Positions 52,353-62,427 of a DNA stretch of 62,427 nucleotides are shown here, piece after piece (position 1 is the stretch's first letter; every line of letters begins with the position of its first letter). Under the pieces are notes generated by a model. That model searched no databases and was not told the DNA's origin. It saw only the letters and a list, made by a program, of their open reading frames with translations. The DNA comes from Octopus bimaculoides (taxonomy: Eukaryota), in contig NC_068995.1 of the NCBI RefSeq assembly GCF_001194135.2, positions 12,690,517 to 12,752,943 of the forward strand, written 5' to 3'. The position numbers were made by a program, and so were the translations under genes.

Positions 52353-52957
52353 TTCCCATAAATAATGCGGTTTTTTCTATTGCATGAACTAAAAGTCGGA
52401 GTCGTACGGGATAAACTACCTGCATCCTTTTGCTATAAACGCAGGTAGTAATTCTATCCTGTCCTTATTCTTAGTGTAAGTTTTGAAGAGTGCAGTTCGA
52501 TTTTAACAGTTATTTTTCCAAAGCTTTACCGGAAGTGACAAAGGAGCATATTCGGTATATTTTGCTTTATGAGTTCAATAAAGGCAACAACGCAACGGAA
52601 ATTGCGAGGAATATTAATGCAGTATATGGGGATTGGACAGTAAGCGTAAGTCAAGGTCAACGGTGATTCCAAAAATTCCGAGCCGTAAACAACAGCCTAG
52701 ATGAGCCTCGTCCTGAAAGATCTGTAGAGCTCGACGAGGACATCCTGCAAACCCTGGCGGAGTAAAAACCTGTCGTAACTGCTGAGGAACTAGCAGAGGA
52801 GCTAGGATTTGGTTATTGAACCATTCATCGACATCTGCGTGCCATCGGAAAAGTCAGCAAATTGGGTCGGTGGATTCCACGCAAACTTTCCGAATCTAAT
52901 CGTGCGCAGAGAGTTAATGTGTGCTCTTCTTTGCTATCACGTCTCACGAATGAACCG
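52351..52957 (+). mobile_element. 3'-truncated mariner: left end plus decayed N-terminal HTH transposase region
   Basis: From 52529 it reads EVTKEHIRYILLYEFNKGNNATEIARNINAVYGD..R*FQKFR..EELAEELG..TIHRHLRAIGKVSKLGRWIPRKL (WVPHEL-like motif), with three stops. Confidence 0.9.
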
Positions 52958-53463
52958 GAACACTAATGTTTACCAAATCCCATTCAGTGAACATATAGAA
53001 CATGCCTTCAACACGAATAAAATCAAAATTACATTATCCATCTGTGTCTATGCACTAGATAGATACATAAATTTTATTTTGTTAGTCTATTCAAGTTAGA
53101 GGCTATTCACTAATGGGCAACATGGCGGCCACAATTTTCCCTTACAAGTGTAATTCCCACGGCTGTACAGAATATGACGTTTTTGAAGCGGGTTTAAAAT
53201 AAACAGAGAAAACTTTTCAAAGACTTAATGTTTATAGCTGGTAGCTATTCAATTTCTATTTCAAAATTATCCAGTGCAGAAATATAAATTTTTCTACTAT
53301 AAAACTTAACTGTTTGGCAAAAGTCAACGATAGGAATGATACTAGATTTAAGTATTAAGTACTGGGGTTGGTTTATTCAACTAAGCTTTTCAAGGCAGTG
53401 CCCCAGCATGGTCGTAGTCCAATGAGTAAAACAAGTGTTTGATAAAATACGTACATACATACG

Positions 53464-54385
53464 AAAATACCCTGTTGATATTGTTGAAATTCCAATGAAG
53501 GAGCCTTAGATTTAGGTTAGAAACAATTTTTTCTCTATTGGCAAGAAATCTTGAAATAAATCTGAATAATAACATACATAGGAGAAAGCTAATTCGAAGA
53601 CTACAGATCCAATTCATCATTGGAATTGTAAAAATCTGTAAAACTTTCCAGAAGTTTATCATTTAAATATATATGAGCATGTCTAGATATGTAACTATAC
53701 GCCTGAAAATACATACATAAAACATACAAATCTACACATACATACATACATACATACATACATACATACATACATAAATACGTGCATACATACATACATA
53801 CATACATACATACATACATACATACATACATAAATACGTGCATACATAAATACAAACATGCGTACATACATACATGCATACATGCATACATGCATACATA
53901 CAAAAATACCCTGTTGAAGTAGTTGAAATTCCAATTAAAGGAGCCTTGGATCTAGGTTAGAAACCGGTTCTTTCTCTATTGGCAGCAAATCTTGAAATAA
54001 ATCTGAATAATAACATACATACATACATACATACAGATCCAATTCATCACTGGGGCTGTAAAAATCTGTAGAATGTCCCAGAAGTTTATCATTTAAATAT
54101 ATATGAGCATGTCTAGATATGTAACTATATGCATGAGAATGCATACATAAAACATTCAAATCTGCACATACATACATACATACATACATACATACATACA
54201 TACATACATACATACATACGTGCATACATACATACATGCTTACATACATACATACATACATACAAACAAAAATAGCCTGTTGTTAATGTTGAAATTTCAA
54301 TGAAGGAGCCTTGGATCTAGGTTAGAAACCGGCTCTTTGTCTATTGGAAAGAAATCTTGAAGTAATTCTGAATAATGGCATACAT
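53464..54385 (+). repeat. Tandem repeat, ~2.3 units of 366-439 bp, each with a (CATA)n array
   Basis: Units start with aaaata(c/g)cctgttg at 53464, 53903 and 54269 and share gaaattccaatgaaggagccttggatctaggttagaaacc..aaatcttgaaataaatctgaataat. Confidence 0.9.
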
Positions 54386-54873
54386 ATGTACTTGTATATA
54401 TCATTGTTGTTGTTGTTAGTGTTGGCGTTGTGCTGTGTAACCTCCGTGAAGTTGAAAGTTAGAGAATCGATCGTGGGATTGTTGTTGTTTGATGATGGTG
54501 GTGACAGTGGAGGTTGCTAGTTGTGGGAATGGTGATGGTAATATCGGTGGGGGTGGTGATGAAGTGGATTAATTCTGTCATTCCTTAGCTAGACAGAAAT
54601 TCAAATAACATTGACAAATTCAACGATATACCAATTATTTGCCGAAGGAAAGAAAACAGGTATTTTAAAACAATCACAATCTAAAGACAGCGATAAATAT
54701 ATATCTCTCGTATTAAAATTGTGTATTTGCTTCTGTCTGTTTGTCTGATCTTCTGTCTGCCTGTCTGTGTGTATATATATGGGTGGATGCCTATAAACAT
54801 ATATATGTATGTATATATATGTGTGCGTTTGTCTGTGCGCGCGCGTTTGTGTATGTATGTGCGTATAAATATA

Positions 54874-54909
<36 letters not shown>

Positions 54910-55039
54910 CGCATGCACACACACACGCACACGTATATAATGAGTGAAGATTTGTGTGTGGAGGGCGTATTTGCTATGATGGATGTATCTCTACAATGCG
55001 CGTATGTATATTTCCCAAATTTGGAACTTCTGTTCAAGG

Positions 55040-55075
55040 GATGATGACGATGATGATGACGACGACGACGACGAC

Positions 55076-55109
<34 letters not shown>

Positions 55110-55544
55110 NNNNNNNNNNNNNNNNNNNNNNNNNNNNNNNNNNNNNNNNNNNNNNNNNNNNNNNNNNNNNNNNNNNNNNNNNNNNNNNNNNNNNNNNNNN
55201 NNNNNNNNNNNNNNNNNNNNNNNNNNNNNNNNNNNNNNNNNNNNNNNNNNNNNNNNNNNNNNNNNNNNNNNNNNNNNNNNNNNNNNNNNNNNNNNNNNNN
55301 NNNNNNNNNNNNNNNNNNNNNNNNNNNNNNNNNNNNNNNNNNNNNNNNNNNNNNNNNNNNNNNNNNNNNNNNNNNNNNNNNGGAAGTGGATTATGGTTAT
55401 GGTGATAGTAGTCGCCGTCTTCGTGATCGTCTTTGTCGTCATCATGGTGGTTGTAGTGCCGGTGGTGACGCTGGGGCCGGCGGTGGTGATCGTAGAGGAG
55501 TAGGTTGCGAAGGTGAGGGTAACGGTGGTGATGACGATGACGAT

Positions 55545-55625
<81 letters not shown>

Positions 55626-55660
55626 TATCATCATCATCACCATCATCACCATCATCATCG
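55040..55660. repeat. (GAT)n / degenerate GGT / (CAT)n trinucleotide field around a gap
   Basis: Direct; it explains the poly-H/M/D ORFs. Confidence 0.9.
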
Positions 55661-56337
55661 CCATGGCAATAGCTGATGAAATTTAAGAAGCGCCAAAGCT
55701 GATATTAATACGAGACAAGATAAACAATGCTGTAAAATCAGACAAATTTCGTACGACTGATGAAGAAGGCAAGTGTTTTAAAAATCAACCAAGGCGTTAA
55801 TTAATTAATTTTTCAAAAATTAATAATCAATGTTTAATTTTCCTGGCTTCATCATGATTGTTTTTGTAGTTGTTGCTGTGTAAACATAGTCGTTAAATTT
55901 TAGTTACTGTTATTGTTACTGTTATTGTTGTTGTTGTTGTTGTTGCTGTTGTTGTTGTTGTTGCTGGCCTAATTGTAGTGATTTATTCTGATATGAATGT
56001 TGTTAGTATTGTCGTTGTTGTTATAATTGTTTTTGTTGTTGTGGTAGTTGTTGTGGTAATTGCTTAGCCCAAGGTGAGCCTTAACACTTGCCCTGTCCTT
56101 TGTATCACATATGATACCCAGAATATTTTCCCCTGGCTTCCATGATACGCAATCCCAATGATTTTTTTCCCAACCACAAGAGGAACTTGAGATTTATGGA
56201 AAGGAAGCTTTATATAACTCACAAAGTACGTAACAACGGCTAACTAAAAGTTTGTAAACAAGCATAGACCCTGAGGACAAATTTATGAACATACATTGGA
56301 CTATCAAAGGGTTAATCTCGCAGACCTCTGCTCAGAT

Positions 56338-56750
56338 ATTTCATTTCATTTTCATTTTATCTAGTTTCAGCTCATGAGCTGTGGCCATGCTGGGGCACCG
56401 CCATTTGGTGTTGCTACACAATTTTACTTCACGAATTTTACTTCAGGAATTGACATTTGGTGCATGAGACAGTTTGATGCAGCTGCCCTCATCTGCACCT
56501 CCTGCCGCGAAGTTGGTTCATCTGGGACACCTGACAGGAAGAGGTCCAGCCTCATCTTAAAAACACCTACATCCACCCCATGCAGGTCTCTAAGGTCCTT
56601 CGGGAGGATATTGAAGCCCAGGCTATTGCAGTATCTTGTCCTACATCTTGATGGCAAATTTGGATATGTGTACTGTGGAACCTCTATCAAATTTTAAACT
56701 AACATATCTATAACAGAACGCCTCCAGCTATGCCCATCCAGCAGTAATCA
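56338..56750 (-). mobile_element. CR1/L2-group LINE 3' end (ORF2 C-terminus, 3' UTR, terminal repeat)
   Basis: ORF 56424..56690 reads RTRYCNSLGFNILPKDLRDLHGVDVGVFKMRLDLFLSGVPDEP..AAASNCLMHQM (FK..LD.FL..VPD.P..SNS-like end). It is followed by ggcggtgccccagcatggccacagctcatgagctgaaactaga and (aaatg)n. Confidence 0.8.
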
Positions 56751-56850
56751 TCTTTCCATTATATGTAGACCCCAAATATTTATGTCTTTGTATTGTCCCC
56801 ACCCCCTCATCCTTCGCCCTTGTGGCAAATAAACGAAATCGTTAATAATA

Positions 56851-57272
56851 GGACACGTGGCTCAGTGGTCACAGTGTTGCACTCACGATCATGAGATTGA
56901 GGTTTCAATTCCCGGATCGAGAAGCACGTTATATTCTTGAGCAAAACTCTTCATCTCGCGTTGCTTTGCGATCACTTCGATACCCAAAATGCGGTACGCT
57001 GTGCACCTGTTCAGACAACATCGATTTGATGGACGGAATCGATCACCATCAACAAATGATTTGTGCTGGTTTCTCAGCAAGAAATTACAGAACCGTCTTT
57101 ATGGGAATGCAAGAGGCCACCGCCATCATTCTCGTAATCATTCGTCTTGTAGTTGATGACAGGCTGTTATTATACTCGGAAAGCACATTAGGAAAGTATT
57201 AAAGGTGTCATAACTGAATGCTTTTGATCATTGCTCTGCTTCGTCACTAGCGACCTAGGGTTAAATGTCAAC
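56851..57272 (+). mobile_element. SINE group C with tail type C4
   Basis: Head gtggctcagtggtcacagtg..ggtttcaattcccgg, body ttcttgagcaaaactcttcatctcgcgttgct, ending in aatgcttttgatcat..gacctagggttaaa. Confidence 0.65.
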
Positions 57273-57909
57273 ATTGACATCCCTAAGATTAACAATGAAA
57301 ATATCAACAACAAATGAAACAAGAGTCCCGACGTTATTCTTGGTGCAAATTCTTGCGTTTCTCTCTGACGAAATACCGATGGATTTAGTCACATTCCTTC
57401 AGAAATTATATCGCTCCACCATAAGTTACATAAACAGTTTTGAACTTAAAGAATTTTGCGATTACACAACTAAAAATACGCATTCCAAAACAAACGTGCA
57501 TTTCTTCACACATGCACACATACACATATACACCCGCACACACGTACATACTCATGCACATAGATATACATACAATCACAGACATGCAGCCATAGACACG
57601 TTTGTGAATGGATCTAGCATCGGTTTCGAGGAACGAGGATTCCAGATGTTCTGTCAACCGAATGAACTAAACATGGAATCACGCTGTAAGTGGTTGAGTA
57701 ATTCCATAGTCAAGGGTACCCGCGACGTAATCCTTAGGCAGAATCAGCGTGACACGGCGTGCAAAAGTATAGTATGAATGCATATATTTGTGTGTGTGTG
57801 TGTGTGTATACACATATATAAATATATATATAAAATATATAATATATATGTGTATGTATATTTATACACACATTTATGCATATACATATATCTTATATAC
57901 ATATAAGAA

Positions 57910-57982
<73 letters not shown>

Positions 57983-58739
57983 NNNNNNNNNNNNNNNNNN
58001 NNNNNNNNNNNNNNNNNNNNNNNNNNNNNNNNNNNNNNNNNNNNNNNNNNNNNNNNNNNNNNNNNNNNNNNNNNNNNNNNNNNNNNNNNNNNNNNNNNNN
58101 NNNNNNNNNNNNNNNNNNNNNNNNNNNNNNNNNNNNNNNNNNNNNNNNNNNNNNNNNNNNNNNNNNNNNNNNNNNNNNNNNNNNNNNNNNNNNNNNNNNN
58201 NNNNNNNNNNNNNNNNNNNNNNNNNNNNNNNNNNNNNNNNNNNNNNNNNNNNNNNNNNNNNNNNNNNNNNNNNNNNNNNNNNNNNNNNNNNNNNNNNNNN
58301 NNNNNNNNNNNNNNNNNNNNNNNNNNNNNNNNNNNNNNNNNNNNNNNNNNNNNNNNNNNNNNNNNNNNNNNNNNNNNNNNNNNNNNNNNNNNNNNNNNNN
58401 NNNNNNNNNNNNNNNNNNNNNNNNNNNNNNNNNNNNNNNNNNNNNNNNNNNNNNNNNNTATATATATATATATATATATATATGTACAAATGTATATATA
58501 TTTATGTGTATGCATGCTCGCACAAATGCATGAAAGTATCGGTATGCATGTGTGTGTGTACATACATACACTCATGTGCGCACCCGCACGCACACACGCA
58601 CTCGCATATAGACACGTTGATACTGATACATATATGTATGTATTTATGCATGTCTATATTTGTGATATGTATGTATGCATGTATGTAAGCATGTATGTAT
58701 ATATATGTGTGAAATATGTGTGTATTATGGAAACACTGT

Positions 58740-58815
58740 CGAGCTTTAATCCAACATATCTATAATAGGACGTACCCAGCCATGCCCATCCAGTAGCATT
58801 ATGTTCGAACGACAT
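58740..58815 (-). mobile_element. Second short fragment of the CR1/L2-group LINE
   Basis: aacatatctataataggacgtacccagccatgcccatccagtagc resembles 56701-56748. Confidence 0.55.
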
Positions 58816-58864
58816 TGATTTTCGAACAACAACTATCAACTACAACATAAATCACTTGAATATT

Positions 58865-59020
58865 TTAGCTGTCATTTCTGAGTTCAAATTCCGCCGAGAT
58901 CGACTTAGCTTTTTATCATTTCAGGGTCGATAAATTAAGTACGAGTTGCGTACATGGAGTCGATCTAATCGACTGACCCTCTCCCACAAAACTTCGGGCT
59001 TTGTGCCTAGAGTAGAAACG
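58865..59020 (+). mobile_element. SINE group B, 5'-truncated
   Basis: ttctgagttcaaattccgccgagatcgacttagctttttatcatttcagggtcgataaattaagtac..gtcgatctaatcgact..ggctttgtgcctagagtagaa. Confidence 0.85.
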
Positions 59021-59114
59021 AATATTTTAGTTGTATTAATTTTGAGTCGCTGGTCTCTGGGTTTATATCTCGACACGATTAGCGTCGTCTTTCATTAAAA
59101 ATAAATTATGATAA

Positions 59115-59422
59115 ATGGTGCCGCGCCGGTTATGACGACGGGGGTTTTGTCTGATCCGGCCAACGGAACAGCCTGCTCGTAAAATTAGTGTGCAAGTGGC
59201 TGAGTACTCTACAGGCATGAGTATCCTTAACGTAGTTCTCAAGCGGATTCGACGTGACACAGAATGTGACAAAGCTGACCCGTTGAAAGACAGGTACTAC
59301 ACATATACGCCAACGTGAAATGAAACGTCTTGCTCAAGGACACAACGCGGCACCGAGTATCGAAACGATGACCTAACGATCTTGACCTGAATAACCTGGC
59401 CACAAAATCACGCGCCTTCGCT
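59115..59422 (-). mobile_element. SINE group C with tail type C2, full length
   Basis: Reverse strand has the head gaaggcgcgtg..gtttcgatactcgg, the body ttgtgtccttgagcaagacgtttcatttcacgttg, then the C2 tail. Confidence 0.8.
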
Positions 59423-60149
59423 GTCCAACACTAATACCAGGTCGATAAACAAGATGTGTGTGTGTGTGTGTGTGTGCGTGTGTGTGTGTGTGTGTGTAAT
59501 ATACATGTGTATGTATATATTCATATATATATATACATATATATGTATATATATATATATANNNNNNNNNNNNNNNNNNNNNNNNNNNNNNNNNNNNNNN
59601 NNNNNNNNNNNNNNNNNNNNNNNNNNNNNNNNNNNNNNNNNNNNNNNNNNNNNNNNNNNNNNNNNNNNNNNNNNNNNNNNNNNNNNNNNNNNNNNNNNNN
59701 NNNNNNNNNNNNNNNNNNNNNNNNNNNNNNNNNNNNNNNNNNNNNNNNNNNNNNNNNNNNNNNNNNNNNNNNNNNNNNNNNNNNNNNNNNNNNNNNNNNN
59801 NNNNNNNNNNNNNNNNNNNNNNNNNNNNNNNNNNNNNNNNNNNNNNNNNNNNNNNNNNNNNNNNNNNNNNNNNNNNNNNNNNNNNNNNNNNNNNNNNNNN
59901 NNNNNNNNNNNNNNNNNNNNNNNNNNNNNNNNNNNNNNNNNNNNNNNNNNNNNNNNNNNNNNNNNNNNNNNNNNNNNNNNNNNNNNNNNNNNNNNNNNNN
60001 NNNNNNNNNNNNNNNNNNNNNNNNNNNNNNNNNNNNNNNNNNNNNNNNNNNNNNNNNNNNNNNNNNNNNNNNNNNNNNNNNNNNNNNNNNNNNNNNNNNN
60101 NNNNNNNNNNNNNNNNNNNNNNNNNNNNNNNNNNNNNNNNNNNNNNNNN

Positions 60150-60205
<56 letters not shown>

Positions 60206-60986
60206 TCTCTCTCTCTCCCTCTCTCTCTCTCTATGCGGACTGAAAACGGAGAAACTGTTAACCAGTTTTAACCATAACATTTCATCCGCCGACCAACCTC
60301 TTTAACTGTCCACGGAGTCATTTTATTTAGATAATTTATTTACGAATTATTGGCTAAAATTGGTAAATATGCTCTATAGCATCGAATCAATTGCACCAAG
60401 ACAGGATAGCATTATAACAAAACACAGCCAACAAGTCAGTGATTTATTTATCGAAGTACCTGCTGGAAATGCTTTATTTCTGCAAATAGACTTATGTGAT
60501 TTTCCTGAAGCCGTTAACATTAATGGTTATAGATACAAAAGTCTATGGGTAGTTAAGATGGGTACTCTGTAGCTCAAGTGATTTTTAAAGAAAGACTTAA
60601 ACCGATCCAATTCTATAAAATACAAGATGTTTACATTTGTACTCTTTTAAATTAGCGCATACTGAAACCTATAGATTTATTATATAGCATAGTACCGTTG
60701 CATATATTATTCATATATGCTCCAGAATTCACATGCTCTATCGTTATATTATGACTTGGTAGGAAAATTTGGAAGTATGGCTGTCTAGCTAAGATACTCA
60801 TAAAGCAATCCCGTGATTTGGGGTTTATCCCATTGTGTGACATTTAGAACAAGCGATTTGTGTCATAGGCTTCATTTGACTGAGACTTTGCAGGTATAGG
60901 TTGTTAGACGGAAACTGTGCAGAAGTCCATTTGGTGTGTGCTTGTCTGTATGTGAATCAGCGTTATATGGCGTGTGTAAGTAAAGC

Positions 60987-61050
<64 letters not shown>

Positions 61051-62427
61051 AGAGAGAGAGAAACATAGTGAGAGAGTCGTGCGCGCGTGCGTGTGTGTTG
61101 TACTCGTGCGATGCGAAAAAAATCTACATGTCGGCGAGAAAATTTACTAATAAATTCATGCGCCGAACAAAAATAATATTGTGATATTTTTTTCCGTCCA
61201 AATTGCACAAACGGTCTCATGTCATACTCACCTTCAGAAATTCGGTTAATCATTATTTAGCCTGATAGAAGCCTTTAAACCAACGACTCTATTGTTCACA
61301 ACATGCATGATACGAGATAACAAAATAAATACATAAGAATTTCTAATGTATAATTACATATTATGAATTATTTACTAACTCCATGAACTGGTTCCTAGAC
61401 CAGTCTGAACAGAGTCGTTAGGCAGACACAAAATACGACCCAGTTTGGAGTAAGAAGCAAATTAATATGGACATTAAGCATTATTTCAGTACTTCTTGTC
61501 TTTTCTCTCGCAGTAGAGTAAGTTATCGATTTTATCCATTATTTCAAACTCAGAATATCAGTCAGCATTCTCATATGCTACCAAAATGCAAATGGTGGAT
61601 TACTTACTTCCGGTTTAGCTATGGCCTTAACTGATCAACATATTTTTATTGTCGCACGATAAAGTTCCACGGGATTACATAACTAATAAAATTCTCTCCA
61701 ATATGAATATATTATTGTCTAATCTTACTAACAATCTCGAGTAACAGGCCATATTATAATTTTATGCGTTTAGCAAGAGAGACAACGTCATTGGCTGAAT
61801 GCTTAGATAGATGCATACTTGCACGTACATAGACTGATACACGCATATATGTGTATATGTACGTGGTTGTGTGAACGTACGCGTATGTGGGAGTGTGTTT
61901 AAGTGTATGTGTGTGAGTGTGCATGTGTAAAAGCAAGCATACACGAAAGTATTTTTACATTGAGTGCTTGAGATACTGGCCGACACACCCAAATTGAAAT
62001 AATTTTTCCTTCATTATTAAAGAGGTATTTTTGTTTTCTCTATAACTTCGTCTTTCTCGATACTTAAACGCAGTCTAGCCTACGGTACTTGAGACAGGAG
62101 AAGATAAAACACACGTACACATATACACACGCGCGCGTGTGCACACATGCAGGAATACGCACATATATACAAACACACATATATTTCGTTTTTAATTAAT
62201 TTAAATTCCGGTAATTGGTTGTCTCCCTTGTCTTTTTTGAAGAGACTTTGTCATTAGCATAATAACTGGTTCTTCACACAATTGCTGTAAATTTAATGAA
62301 TTAACGCTTCTTGACTGGCTATATTATGTATGTTAGGGCTCAATTTAATTTATATGTATATACATACACACGCACACATATACACATGCAGTATATATAT
62401 ACATACACATATATACATGCGTATATA

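Noticed and set aside
55381-55660. Gly/Asp/His-rich reading frames
   Set aside because: Degenerate trinucleotide repeats, widespread in this window.
57265-57777. 170-aa ORF
   Set aside because: It spans a CA-rich microsatellite and has no domain or splice evidence.
60360-60850. Non-repetitive stretch with short ORFs on both strands
   Set aside because: Could be decayed coding sequence, but I recognise no motif and stops are frequent.

Overview
Eukaryotic, AT-rich, microsatellite-saturated draft scaffold with about 24 N-gaps (roughly 11-12 kb). It is most consistent with an octopus (coleoid cephalopod) genome; this is inferred from the SINE families and repeat landscape, not proven. No host protein-coding gene can be firmly supported. 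Nearly all ORFs in the supplied track are translations of microsatellites or gaps, and only weak single-exon candidates remain. The window is an intronic/intergenic transposon graveyard containing: at least three tRNA-derived SINE groups with shuffled modules; an RTE RT fragment; a CR1/L2-group LINE 3' end; a Penelope GIY-YIG fragment; three decayed Tc1/mariner-superfamily transposase remnants; pogo-like, hAT and Tc1/mariner MITEs (one nested); and a Helentron-like element. The most interesting signal is a near full-length 5S rRNA copy (39811-39938) fused directly to the 3' tail of the CR1/L2-group LINE found at 56338-56750, i.e. a candidate 5S-derived SINE (SINE3) or 5S/LINE chimera. That LINE, the 5S element and the dominant tRNA-SINE share a 3' tail whose terminal hairpin shows compensatory changes, suggesting one LINE driving several non-autonomous partners. 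Also notable are a decayed repeat-protein-like region (40520-42340), a local ~9.65 kb-spaced duplication showing filled versus empty SINE sites, and hammerhead-like remnants.
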